A stretch of DNA of 64,000 nucleotides from Octopus sinensis (Eukaryota). Below the pieces are notes generated by a model. The model searched no databases. It was not told the DNA's origin and was given only the letters and a program-made list of their open reading frames with translations. The stretch is taken from the NCBI RefSeq assembly GCF_006345805.1, contig NC_043001.1, positions 112,778,001 to 112,842,000 of the forward strand, read 5' to 3'. How positions within the stretch are numbered: position 1 is the first letter of the stretch; each line of letters opens with the position of its first letter. Position numbers and translations under genes: made by a program. Shown here one piece after another: positions 51,956-64,000 of this stretch.

Positions 51956-52339
51956 GGAAGCACTCCGTCGGTTACGACGACGAGGGTTCCGGTTGATCCG
52001 AATCAACGGAACAGCCTGCTCGTGAAATTAACGTGTAAGTGGCTGAGCACTCCACAGACACGTGTACCCTTAACGTAGTTCTCGGGGATATTCAGCGTGA
52101 CACAGAGAGTGACAAGGCCGGCCCTTTGAAATACAGGTACAACAGAAACAGGAAGAAAGAGTGAGAGAAAGTTGTGGTGAAAGAGTACAGCAGGGATCAC
52201 CACCACCCCCTGCCGGAACCTCATGGAGCTTTAGGTGTTTTTGCTCAATAAACACTCACAACGCCCGGTCTGGGAATCGAAACCGCGATCCTACGACTGC
52301 GAGTCCGCTGCCCTAACCACTGGGCCATTGCGCCTCCAC
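51956..52339 (-). mobile_element. SINE family C
   Basis: Full copy; 13-bp TSD TATCTATTTGTGT. Confidence 0.9.
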
Positions 52340-53365
52340 TATCTATTTGTGTATAAGTTACATAACTGTGTGTGTATTCAAATGTGACTCAAACATTTGC
52401 TGCATTCATTATATGCACTTTGTGTGTGTGTGTATTTAGCTGTATGCAGCGTAGGGATGCATACGAGCTATTTACTATATGAGTGAGTGTATCTTATGAA
52501 ATGTTTCAATTAAGATTCACTGCTTGTTCATTTCATTGGAATGGCACCTGATGTAATATTTACTGATCAAGTACAGACTGGTTGTGAACTGTATTGACTG
52601 GAAGCGTGAGAGAGAAAACAGCAGCTTTGTATTTCAGGTATTTCTTATACAATCACATGCAGAAGGGTTTGATGAAAAGACCGGCTGAGATGCAGAGTAC
52701 CCAGATGAGAATGTTGATATTATTGCAGTAATTGACTGTACAGATTCAAAAAATGCAATAAAAAAACTAGCTTAAAGGCTAACTGTTAGGGGCTTGGTGT
52801 AGAAACCCAATTCATCATCCTTTCATTTCTCACCTTCATGCAGCAATGTGTCTAAATTAAGAAAGTGATTGCAATATGAATAATCCAGTCAATAATCTAA
52901 AAGAATGTGTAAATATTTGCATAGCTATACACTCTTTCCTCTTGCACTTCATTTTTTTTTTTATATCATAATTCTGTGACTGTTGAAGGAAAGTCGGTAT
53001 TTTTGCATAATGCTATGAGCTGAGTTTCAATAGAATCAGTTACAATACATCCATAAATAAACGTTCAACTTCAGGCAGTTTTTTTAGATTTTTTTTTATA
53101 ATGTTTTCTTCCATAAGTTTGAGAGAATCCATTTTTAAATATAAGGCTGTGGGGATAGGGTGCTTGCTGGGTTACAGGCCACAAATGTTCTAAAAATCAG
53201 GGTCCATTGTATGAATTCTGCTTTATTGTAGATTACTCTTCTTGCTTTTGTTCAGGTGTGGGGAACCTGCAACTTTTGAAGCCATTAAGTACAGTCTAAT
53301 AAAAGATGTCTAGATTCCAATTAAAAATTAACATTTGATTACATTCTTTTATTTTGATTTTAATA

Positions 53366-53598
53366 TATTTCTTTACTACCCACAAGGGGCTAAACATAGA
53401 GGGGACAAACAAGGACAGACAAAGGGATTGAGTCGATTACATCAACCCCAGTGCGAAACTGGTACTTAATTTATCGACCCCGAAAGGATGAAAGGCAAAG
53501 TTGACCTCATCGAAATTTGAACTCGGATCTTAACGACAGACAAAATACGGCTACGCATATTGCCCGGCACGCTAACGTTTCTGCCAGTTTGCTGCCTT
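53366..53598 (-). mobile_element. SINE family B
   Basis: TSD ATTTTGATTTTAATA (53351-53365 and 53603-53617). Confidence 0.9.
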
Positions 53599-53839
53599 CT
53601 ATATTTTGATTTTAATAATCTTGAAATCAAACCATTAAAGGGTCAATTTATATTACATGTAAAGCTTGCACTGTAGGATATTAGCTTTCAAATGGTGTTC
53701 ACAAGAATTTCGGTACCTTCTGACTGCAGGTTGGTTCTAACATTTTTGCAATAAATGTAATTATATTTTACTGTGTATTTAATAATATTTTCTTTAATGC
53801 AGTGTTATTAAATTAAATTAAATCTAATTTAAAGTTGCC

Positions 53840-54178
53840 TTGTGTGGTAAGAAGCTTGCTTCCCAACCACATGGTACCAGGCTCAGTCTCACTGTCTTGC
53901 ACCTTGGGCAAGTGTCTTTTACTATAGCCTTGACCAACTAAAGCTTTGTGAGTGGATTTGGTAGATAGAAACTGAAAGAAGATTGCCGTGTGTGTGTGTG
54001 TGTGTGTCTTTGTATTTGTATTTGTTCCCCACCACGACTTAACAACCAAGACACCAACAGAATAAGTACCAAGCTTACAAAAAATACTGGTGTCAGTTCA
54101 TTCAAATTAAGAGTCCTTCAAGGTGGTGCCCCAGCATGACCGTAGTCTAATTACTGAAACAAGTAAAAAATAAAAGAT
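53840..54178 (+). mobile_element. Older SINE family A-like copy
   Basis: Diverged family A modules in the same order. Confidence 0.7.
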
Positions 54179-54294
54179 ACCCCTGCACTAGGCAATACTT
54201 TATAGGTAAGCGAAAAGCAAGAGGAAAGCATCCAACCACTTCCAAAACAATAGTTATTACTGAAGTATAAAATATAGTTCCTTGTCTATGTTAA

Positions 54295-54517
54295 CCCATT
54301 AAGTCCCACTGTCCTATAAATAGGACACTAAATGAGAACATTGAATAAGCTATATCACATTGTCTCAGTGTCCTATTTATAGGACACCGAGTATTTCCAT
54401 TTCTACTTGAAGTAAAGGAGTTTTAATAATTATTTATTTCATTATAACCTATTTTCAATCATCTGCGAAAATTTAAAAGTAATATTCAGAAATTCAAGTA
54501 CTCTGGGACTTAATGGG
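54295..54517. mobile_element. piggyBac-like MITE, family P3
   Basis: TTAA|CCCATTAAGTCCCA...TGGGACTTAATGGG|TTAA: perfect 14-bp TIR. Confidence 0.85.
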
Positions 54518-55001
54518 TTAATATGAAAAAAATAAATGTAAAACAATGAGATAAAAATAGCTAACCATAGAAGCACTACATTCATTGTTTACATTCACTG
54601 ACTGAATTTAAAGTGAGCCACACAGTGTGCAGTTGTTCAACCTGCTAAATATAGCAGCTAAATCTCCCTTAAATTATTACCCAACCATCTAAAACAAATG
54701 CATTGGGTAATATGGTCCTGGATTTATAAAATAATTGGAAGGTTAGAGCTAGGATAATTCTGATCATAAGGACTGACCTTATAGCTACATTATTCGAAAT
54801 AGAAAAATTTTCTGCCATAAGAGTATACATTCTCCTATGCAAAATGGTTGTTTCATCTCCTAGAAATAACTGCCAAATTTCATTCGAAGGAGAAGCATTC
54901 ATAGGATAATATATTTATTTACAGGTACTATTAAAAACAAACAAACAACAAAGAACTCAAAGCAAAGCAGGATAGTCGTAGCTTGAATGATTTTTTGGGA
55001 T

Positions 55002-55375
55002 TGGAAGCATTCCGTTGGTTACGACGACGAGGGTTCCGGTTGATCCGAATCAACGGAACAGCCTGCTCGTGAAATTAACGTGTAAGTGGCTGAGCACTCC
55101 ACAGACACATGTACCCTTAACGTAGTTCTCGGGGATATTCAGCGTGACACAGAGAGTGACAAGGCCGGCCCTTTGAAATACAGGTACAACAGAAACAGGA
55201 AGTAAGAGTGAGAGAAAGTTGTGGTGAAAGAGTACAGCAGGGATCATCACCATCCCCTGCCGGAGCCTCGTGGAGCTTTAGGTGTTTTTGCTCAATAAAC
55301 ACTCACAACGCCCGGTCTGGGAATCGAAACTGCGATCCTATGACCGCAAGTCCGCTGCCCTAACCACTGGCCCAT
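55002..55375 (-). mobile_element. SINE family C
   Basis: Near-full copy; TSD TTGAATGATT. Confidence 0.9.
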
Positions 55376-55940
55376 TGAATGATTGGGTCTTACCTGAATC
55401 AACTACCACCACTATCACTATCACCGCCAACTTTCTCATATTGAAACATTTGTTTGTGGGAAGTTTCCACATCTTCTGTATTCTTCATACTTTGCTGTCT
55501 CTCCTTCAAGAGTGTTATTCAGGACTTGGTAAGGTTATCTTAACTTTAGAAGTAGTATCCTATTTAGATGACCTAAAGCAAAACTTCTTTTGTATAGAAA
55601 CCAACCAGAATTATATAAAATTGGCATTTGAAAGCTTTTGAACCATTTGGCAAAATGTTAATGAAAGTGATTGTAAATTTATGCTAGATTAATAAATGTC
55701 CTTTGAAACTTTGGTATTAAAAGATCACACATGGAAATTCCCATACACTTTCATATGTGTGTGGATGTAGCATTATGAATGATTAAATTCACTTCCCAGT
55801 CACCAGGCCCGGAGTTCAATTCCATTGCAGAGCTTCTGAGGAAAGCGTTATTCACTATAGTGTTGACTTGTGCTGAGCAAGTGAAAATAGATGAACAGAA
55901 GCTGTTTACATGTTACGTTGATGGATTGTATCTGTTAAAA

Positions 55941-56261
55941 GACTCCGCCGGTTACGACGACGAGGGTCCCAGCTGATACGATCAACGGAACAGCTTGCTC
56001 GTGAAATTAACGTGCAAATGGCTGAGCATTCCACAGACACGTGTACCCTTAACGTAGTTCTCGGGGATAATCAGCGTGACACAGAGAGTGGCAAGGCTGA
56101 CCCTTTGAAATACAAGTACAACTCATTTTTGCCAGCTGAGTGGACTGGAGCAACGTGAAATAAAGTGTCTTGCTCAAGGACACAACGCGTCGCCGGGAAT
56201 CGAACTCACAACCTTACGATCATGAGCCGAATGCCCTAACCACTAAGCCACGCGCCCTCAC
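55941..56261 (-). mobile_element. SINE with head E and a family C-type 3' half
   Basis: 55941-56122 matches the family C 3' half, and 56122-56261 matches the head of 18455-18779. TSD GATTGTATCTGT. Confidence 0.85.
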
Positions 56262-56549
56262 ATGATTGTATCTGTAATGTGTACGCATACACATGCATAG
56301 GCTAGAAATGTCTTGTGATCAATTTGATACAGAACCTTTTTGATATCAATAACTGGCTACTAACTGAGTGTGTTTGGGACCCATTTTACATAACGTTTTT
56401 CTTCATTATAATACACAATTTTTACTCATTTTCACATTCATAACTTGTCTGCCGACCCTGTGAGTACACATGCAAAACTACAAAGTAGCAGGAGACTAAC
56501 TCAATGAAAATAAAACACTAAACAAGGATATCCATTCATACATCTGTAG

Positions 56550-56815
56550 AAGTGCATGGGTTAGTTGTTAGGGTGTTGCATTCATGATTGTAAGATTGTA
56601 TATACGATTCCTTGACTGGGTGATGCATTGTGTTCTTGAGAAAAACACTTCTGGTTTCAATTCTTGTTCTGGGTGATGTGTTGTACTCTGGAGCAAAACA
56701 CTTCATTTCATGTTGCTCCACTCAACTGGCAAAAATGAATAATCCTGCAATGGATCAGCAACCCATCCCAGGGGGAATATATATGCTGCAGAATCTGGGA
56801 AACTGCCCTTATGAG
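56550..56815 (+). mobile_element. Degenerate SINE with an E-like head and a third tail type
   Basis: GCATGGGTTAGTTGTTAGGG...AAAACACTTCATTTCATGTTGCTCCACTCAACTGGCAAAAATGA resembles head E; the downstream sequence differs from both other tails. Confidence 0.5.
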
Positions 56816-57384
56816 ACTATGGCTTGGGCAGGATCTTTGGTCCTCTTTTTTTATCTGTCTGTCTGTTGAATGATGTATCAAACATCAATAAGAAAGTGAA
56901 TGTGAACGAATTGTTGATATGGGACCTGTAGCTATTGTGCCAAGATTAGATGTCTTTCTTGGAAGTTATAATCACTAATGAACTAAATGATGTCTCAAGA
57001 TAGTTTTATTAATTAACCTTGAAAAACTGGAATTCATATTTTTACAGGTATGTGCAAGTGTGTGCACACACACATACACATATATAGCTAAAATTTATAT
57101 AATCTGCTCACTGCCATAACTTTTGGAAGTGGGGATAGAGAATATATAGTCAAGCCTAGTATTTCGCTAGCAAATTAATTTTACCCAGTACCGGTGCCCC
57201 ATAAAAATCACCCAGTACACTGTAAAGTGGTTGGCATAGTAAACCTTGGCAAAACAGACAATTGAAGCCTTTTGCAGCTCTCTGGCTTGTCAGATCCATT
57301 CAAACCATCCAACCCATGCCAGCATAGAAAGTGGATGCTAAATGATAATGGAAAGATAAGAAGGTGCTAAATGATAATGAAAAA

Positions 57385-57615
57385 GGCGGCGAGCTGGCAG
57401 AATCGTTAGCACGCCAGGCGAAATGCTTAGCGCTATTTCGTTTGTTGCTACGTTCTGAGTTCAAATTCCGCCGAGGTCGACTTTGCCTTTCATCCTTTCG
57501 GGGTCGATTAAATAAGTACCAGTTACGCACTGGGGTCGATATAATCGACTTAATACCTATGTCTATCCTTGTTTGTCCTCTCTGTGTTTAGCCCCTTGCA
57601 GGTAGTAAAGAAATA
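57385..57615 (+). mobile_element. SINE family B (preceded by a degenerate family D-like tail, ~57195-57350)
   Basis: Full family B copy; GATAATGGAAAGATAA is repeated on both sides. Confidence 0.9.
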
Positions 57616-57885
57616 GATAATGGAAAGATAAAAATTAGAGCTGATATCAGCATGATTTGAACTTACATTGCAAAGTCCTGTGATTAAAAACTACAATTCA
57701 TTTTGCCCAATGCTCTTATGACTATTCTACCAATCAACTGTCTTATGTAGTAAATACAAGCTCTTTTATATAATATTGCTGTTAAATCCATTTGTTTATT
57801 TTTGTATATAAATATATATCTACTACTTGGTGCTTTAATGTCCACAGTTTGAGTAATTACATATTTTACATATGCTCTGTGTGTA

Positions 57886-58306
57886 TACTCTTTACTCTTT
57901 TACTCTTTTACTTGTTTCAGTCATTTTGACTGCGGCCATGCTGGAGCACTGCCTTTAGTCGAGCAAATCAACCCCGGAACTTATTCTTTGTAAGCCCAGT
58001 ACTTATTCTATCGGTCTCTTTTTGCTGAACCGCTAAGTGACGGGGACGTAAACACACCAGCATCGGTTATTAAGCAATGCTAGGGGGACAAACACAGACA
58101 CACAAACATATACACACACACTTATATATATATACATATATACGACTGGCTTCTTTCAGTTTCCGTCTACCAAATCCACTCACATGGCATTGGTCGGCCC
58201 GGGGCTATAGCAGAAGACACTTGCCCAAGATGCCACGCAGTGGGACTGAACACGGAACCATGTGGTTGGTTAGCAAGCTACTTACCACACAGCCACTCCT
58301 GCGCCT
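57886..58306 (-). mobile_element. SINE family A
   Basis: Full copy. Confidence 0.9.
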
Positions 58307-58660
58307 ATATATAGATCATCATCTTGCCATCTTGCTTTTTTTTATTTTTATCATCTTTTTACCTTTCTAAGTCATACTGCCCACATACACCGGTTGATTT
58401 ACATCTCAATCCATCAATCTGACGCTCCTTCTCCAGAGATGCTATGTAGCTGCATACATAGATCTACTTGTTACTACCTAATTTCTTTCGGACTCCTTTC
58501 CTATATTATCAATTATCTCTCCATGCAGTCTCTCTTTTCTTGTGTATTAATTTTAAAAAAGTTTCATCTACAACTAACTCTTTGTGTCTCCATGCTTCTT
58601 TACATTTTTTCCATCCACTATATCCATTATCCATTCCTTAAAATATTTTATTACTTTTAT

Positions 58661-58822
58661 AGGTGTGGTGTGGCTGTGTAGTAAGAAGCTTGCTTTCCAA
58701 CCACATGGTTCTAGGTTCAATCCCACTGTATGGCACCTTGGGCAAGTGTCATCTACTTTAGCCACGAGGTGACAGGAGCCTTGTGAATGGATTTGGCAGA
58801 CGAAAACTGAAAGAAGTCTGTT
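58661..58822 (+). mobile_element. SINE family A-like 5' half
   Basis: Head through GAAACTGAAAGAAG. Confidence 0.7.
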
Positions 58823-58842
58823 GTATCTATATATAACTTTGT

Positions 58843-58890
<48 letters not shown>

Positions 58891-58898
58891 TACATATG

Positions 58899-58931
<33 letters not shown>

Positions 58932-58977
58932 AATCATAATAGAATAATTACTGTGAAGTATTGTGTAGAATATATTG

Positions 58978-59973
58978 TTTGTATAAAGGATCGTGGGTAA
59001 GGCCAAAACAATGCAAATTAAATGCAAGGTAAATCACAAGAAAACAAATATGGGAATTAATGTAGACTTACCTTGTAGTTAATATTTCTGGGTTGTGACC
59101 CCGTTTTCAAGATATTGTTGAATGTTGCCAATGTGCATGTCTGTGAGCATGTGTGAAGTGGACATGCGCAGAAGGGTGTTGCTATAGCAACCAGCTAGTT
59201 TCCTGTAGCTTTCTTCTAATGTTGATCTCAGGTTTCTTTTGGTGTATGAGGATTGCCTCAGAGATTCTCAGGTTGCCCCTGTTCTGCTGTGTTGCCCTGA
59301 TGTGCTCTGTGAATTCCGAGGTCTGGCATTTCCGTAGATGTTCTTTTCACGGAAGTGTCTGGTTGCATGTGTTCCTTTATGCGTTTATGCAGTTTTCTTG
59401 TTGTGCTTCCGATGTAGGATGCACCACATTTGCCACAGATATGATCTCATATACAACGTATGTCCTCTGGTACAATTCAAGGTCATTGATGGGGCAGTTT
59501 GACAATGTGCACTCCTCGGAGTAGCGAGAGGTGTTGTTCTTGGACAGAGCTTTTCTCAGGGAAGGGCCGGTGTGCACTATCTGTATGTCGAGTCCTTCTC
59601 TGCAGACTGCGTGTTGTATTGCTGCAGTAGTTCAGTTGTCAAAGTGTGGTAGCTTTAGGAAGTACATGCCGGACTTGGGAGTATGATGGTTCTTCCAGGG
59701 TCTATTGACCTTGATGTTCTTCAGGCACTGTTGTTTAGCTAAAGATGGTGGGTAGCCATTCAGCATTAGGTATTTGAAGAACTGTTTGGTGTTGACCACG
59801 AATGGTTACCCACCATGCACATCAGTAACATTTGTCAATTTCTTGAAAACGGGGTCATAACCCTGAAATATTGAATACAAGTTAAGTCTACATGAATTCA
59901 CATATTTGTTTTCTTGTGATTTACCTTGCATTTACTTTGCATTTTTTTGGCCTTACCCACAATCCTTTATACA
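58978..59973 (-). mobile_element. Penelope-like retroelement fragment (RT C-terminus + GIY-YIG endonuclease) with ~160-bp inverted terminal arms
   Basis: The minus strand gives YLMLNGYPPS...MYFLKLPHFDN*...VVYEII(frameshift)CGKCGASYIGSTTRKLHKRIKEH...EAILIHQKKPEINIR. Arms 58978-59140 and 59814-59973 are reverse complements. One stop and frameshifts indicate decay. Confidence 0.85.
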
Positions 59974-60062
59974 ATATATATATATATATATATATATATT
60001 ATGGTAGTTTTGATTTTAGGTTCCCTTGTAGCATGAGGTATTCAAGTGTAGTAATGCCCTTA

Positions 60063-60407
60063 ATCATCATCATCACCATCATCATCGTTTAACGTCCGTT
60101 CTCCATGCTAGCATGGGTTGGACGGTTCGACCGGGGATCTGGGAAGCCAGAAGGCTGCACCAGGCTCTGGTCTTATCTGGCAATGTTTCTACAGCTGGAT
60201 GCCCTTCCTAACGCCAACCACTCCGTGAGTGTAGTGGGTGCTTTTTACATGCCACCTGCACAGGTGCCAGGCGAGGCTGGCAACGGCCACGGTCGGATTG
60301 GTGCAATTTACGTGCCACCGGCACAGAAGCCAGTCGAGGCGGCGCTGGCATCGGCCACGATTCGGATGGTGCATTTTACGTGCCACCACTCCAGGGGTCC
60401 TGGCATC
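60063..60407 (-). mobile_element. Family D retroposon (~3 monomers + tail)
   Basis: (ATC)n followed by the reverse complement of the D tail and monomers. Confidence 0.85.
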
Positions 60408-60539
60408 ATAGATAAATATATTTAAAGGGAAAAAAACCTCATAAATTTTTCCCTTTATGAGGTTTTTTCATGGTGACTACTTGATAAATTCTTATAAAGA
60501 TTTTATCCTATTTTTAAATTTTAAATTATATATATATGT

Positions 60540-60750
60540 GTGTGTGTGTGTGTGTATTTGTCCTCCCCCGCTCACCATTTGATAACCTGTGTTTAAATCC
60601 CCGTAACCTAGTGGTTCAGCAAAAGAGATTGATAGAATAATTACTAGGCTTAAAAAAATAATCCTGGGGTCTATTTGTTCAACTAAATCCTTCAAGGCTT
60701 TGCTCCTGCATGGCCACAGTCAAATGACTGAAATGAATAAAAGAATAAAG
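60540..60750 (+). mobile_element. SINE family A-like 3' half
   Basis: TTTGTCC...GGTTCAGCAAAAGAG...CATGGCCACAGTCAAATGACTGAAA. Confidence 0.7.
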
Positions 60751-60904
60751 AATTATTTTTGTTGTTGTTGGTACTGTTTCTTGTTTCTTTTTTTTTTTTT
60801 TTTTAAGAGTGGATTATTCTACAGTCTTAGAACTAGCAGCCAAATCCCATTCAAATTCTTAAACCTTATAGCATTTAATGTCATCAAGTCCTTAAGATAA
60901 TGGA

Positions 60905-61288
60905 TGGAAGCACTCCGTCGGTTCCGACGATGAGGGTTCCGGTTGATCCGAATCAACGGAACAGCCTGCTCGTGAAATTAACGTGTAAGTGGCTGAGCAC
61001 TCCACAGACACGTGTACCCTTAACGTAGTTTTCGGGGATATTCAGCGTGACACAGAGAGTGACAAGGCCGGCCCTTTGAAATACAGGTACAACAGAAACA
61101 GGAAGTAAGAGTGAGAGAAAGTTGTGGCGAAAGAGTACAGCAGGGATCACCACCATCCCCTGCCGGAGCCTCGTGGAGCTTTTAGGTGTTTTCGCTCAAT
61201 AAACACTCACAACGTCCGGTCTGGGAATCGAAACCGCGATCCTACGACCGCGAGTCCGCTGCCCTAACCACTGGGCCATTGCGCCTCC
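60905..61288 (-). mobile_element. SINE family C
   Basis: Full copy; TSD CCTTAAGATAA. Confidence 0.9.
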
Positions 61289-61712
61289 CCTTAAGATAAC
61301 CTGACAGATGGAATGGTCATGACTGGAAAATGTTTGATCATAAATTTTGTTTAATGGGGGGGGGGGGCTGGCCCTTAATGTAACAACTAACTGTACTTCT
61401 GTCACTCCCCAGCTTCATTACTGCTCTGACACCTCTTCCTTCTCCCCACTTTACCTATCTGACTTTCATGTTTTCCTCTTTCTTTGTATATTTTCTGTCT
61501 TACATTATCTTCTTTATTCTTCTTCCTCCTCCTTCCATTTTCTTCTCCATATCCTCCTAACATTCTTCCATTTCTTCTTTCACTCTTGTCTCTCTCTCCA
61601 TTGTGTATTTGTCATTATGTTTTTCTTTCTTCCTTCCTTCCTTTTATGCATTCTCAATTTGTCCTTTCTATGAGCTTATTTTTTACCCCTCAGCTTTTTT
61701 CCCTTCCTTCAA

Positions 61713-61923
61713 TACTCTTTACTCTTTTACTTGTTTCAGTCATTTGACTGCGGCCATGCTGGAGCACCGCCTTTAGTCGAGCAAATCAACCCCGGGACTT
61801 ATTCTTTGTAAGCCCAGTATTTATTCTATCGGTATCTTTTTGCCGAACCGCTAAGTGACGGGGACGTAAACACACCAGCATTGGTTGTCAAGCAATGCTA
61901 GGGGGACAAACACAGACATACAA

Positions 61924-61990
<67 letters not shown>

Positions 61991-62162
61991 CATATATACG
62001 ACAGGCTTCTTTCAGTTTCCGTCTACCAAATTCACTCACAAGGCATTGGTTGGCCTGGGGCTATAGCAGAAGACACTTGCCCAAGATGCCACGCAGTGGG
62101 ACTGAACCCGGAACCATGTGGTTGGTAAGCAAGCTACTTACCATACAGCCACTCCTGCGCCT
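61713..62162 (-). mobile_element. SINE family A
   Basis: Full copy. Confidence 0.9.
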
Positions 62163-62251
62163 GTGTAATAACTTTTCTTCTAAAGAAGAGTCAGACTGCT
62201 ATTTCTCTTTTATAATTTCTACTTCACTTGCCTCTTTATATCTCTGGACAA

Positions 62252-62685
62252 ATCATCATCATTATCATCATCATCGTTTAACGTCCGTTTTCCGCGCTAG
62301 CATGGGTTGGACGGGTCGACTGGGTATCTGGAAAGCCAGAAGGCTGCACCAGGCTCCAGTGTGATCTGGCAGTGTTTCCACAGCTGGATGCCCTTCCTAA
62401 CGCCAACCACTCCGCGAGTGTAGTGCGTGCTTTTTACGTGCCACCGGCACAGGTGCCAGGGGAGTCTGGCATCGGCCACGATCAGTTGGTGCTTTTTACG
62501 TGCCACCGGCACAGGTGCCAGGGGAGTCTGGCATCGGCCATGATCAGTTGGTGCTTTTAACATGCCACCGGCATGGAAGCCAGCCAAGGCGGCGCTGGCA
62601 TCGGCCACGTTCGGATGGTGCTTTTTATGTGCCACTGGCACTGGAGCCAGTCGAGGTGGCGCTGGCATCGGATGGTGCATTTTAT
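62252..62685 (-). mobile_element. Family D retroposon with 4-5 monomers
   Basis: Near-exact 62-bp tandem duplication (62427-62488 and 62489-62550) plus variant monomers, the tail and (ATC)n. Confidence 0.85.
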
Positions 62686-63451
62686 CCCTATAATAAATAA
62701 ATAAATAAATAAATAAAATACACTATAATTAAAAATAAATATTTATAGATTTGATTTTAAAATTTATCAAAAAATATTATATACAAATATTCATTATACA
62801 CTTGGCATTTGCTTACTAGAATGCTCTAAAGTTGTTTTTTTTTTATATATATATATTTTCTTTTCACTCTACATTCTATTTCAACCATTTCCTGAAGATT
62901 TCAGCTGAATGCTTTGGAAAATACCAACATTTACATTCTACTGAAACCATTTCTGTTCTTAACCCTTTTTACCTAATACTATCTTTTCCTGAGATTGTAA
63001 TTGTACGAATGCTTTTAACAGAAATGGCTTTTGTTTTAAAACCTACATTTGCCCTGTTCTTTGACATGAATTTTTGTTTTTTGCTTTTCCATCAAACATT
63101 TTACTTTCTGTAAAAAGTGTGCAAGACCTTACCAAATTCTTTTATCTTGCTAGAAGTATGTTTTTAAATTTGGCTAATTGTATTGACCCAAATATATAAT
63201 TTTGGTATAGTCACAGCTTAACAATTGTTTTCGTTCAAGGACCCCATTATGAACATTATTCACCTCAGTGATAGATGCTTTTGGCTGAAAGAGTATTTCT
63301 TAATTGCAGATATATACAAACAAAATGTTTGTGTTAACTTACAAAAATAGTCATTTCTTTGTAAATTAAACTATATATAAAATCACTATAAAGATGTAAA
63401 TATTAAGCTATAAAGGCTGCCAAAAATTAACTTCAATAAGATTATACTTTA

Positions 63452-63851
63452 CTAGCAGGATTGCCCGGCGTTGCTCGGGTTTGTAAGGGAAATAACTATA
63501 TAAGCATTTTTAGAGAGTTATAGCCCAAAAATAGCAAAAAAATGCATTAAAAATGGAAAAAAAATGATGGTAAATTTATTTTTTAAATCGTTGACTCATC
63601 GTAGACATTTTTAGAGAGTTACTTCCCTTATATAATAGCGTAAAAAATGCATTAAAACGGAAAAAAATGATGGTAAATTTTTTTTTAAATCGTAGACTCA
63701 TCGTAGACGCGCGCTAATAGCCAGAAGGGCTCGATATGAATCACGACTATAAGATACCCGGTTCTGGTTAAACTGCACCGCAAAATGTGGGAGTAGTTAG
63801 GAATCTAAATCGTAGGAGACAGACACACAACTTCACTTTTATATATAAAGA
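63452..63851 (-). mobile_element. Non-autonomous Helitron, complete
   Basis: Minus strand A|TCTTTATATATAAAAG...CCCGAGCAACGCCGGGCAATCCTGCTAG|T. Confidence 0.85.
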
Positions 63852-64000
63852 TTTATATAAAAAAAAATTCATTAGAATTATAAAATATAGAGGAAGTTTG
63901 AATAAATTTTGGAAAATCAAAATCTGTGACAGCTCAAAAAATCTTAGTCAAAATAACTGTAAAGATCAACATTTTTCTGTGTTTGTATATTTGTGGAATT

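Noticed and set aside
52635-52775. Frame with an internal TGA (possible selenocysteine)
   Set aside because: No selenoprotein-like motif and no SECIS that I could identify.
62427-62685. CRISPR-like repeat array
   Set aside because: Eukaryotic context; the units are whole tandem monomers without unique spacers; no cas genes.

Overview
AT-rich, microsatellite-dense animal genomic DNA, most likely octopus/coleoid cephalopod (inferred from composition and the style of the repeat families; not verified). It looks intronic or intergenic. I could not confidently identify any host protein-coding gene. Nearly all ORF-track entries are microsatellite or SINE artefacts, including the 616-aa His-Thr ORF. 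The window is dominated by mobile DNA: (i) tRNA-headed SINE families, labelled A, B, C and E here, many with 10-16 bp TSDs; (ii) a headless retroposon family D (tandem ~60-bp hairpin monomers, a conserved tail and (GAT)n); (iii) 5'-truncated RTE-clade LINE ends; (iv) a Penelope-like GIY-YIG fragment with ~160-bp inverted terminal arms; (v) four short Helitrons; and (vi) piggyBac-, hAT- and mariner-type MITEs. The most interesting items are a full-length 5S rRNA copy fused to the family-D retroposon tail (candidate 5S-derived SINE or chimeric retrocopy, 3334-3635) and a tRNA-like head linked via (AAT)n to a minimal Penelope-type hammerhead-ribozyme motif (candidate Pol III/ribozyme retroelement, 25232-25745). 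Also notable are a degenerate hammerhead-like motif in both Penelope arms, head/tail module swapping between SINE families, and a fold-back palindrome seeded at a SINE's (TA)n tract.
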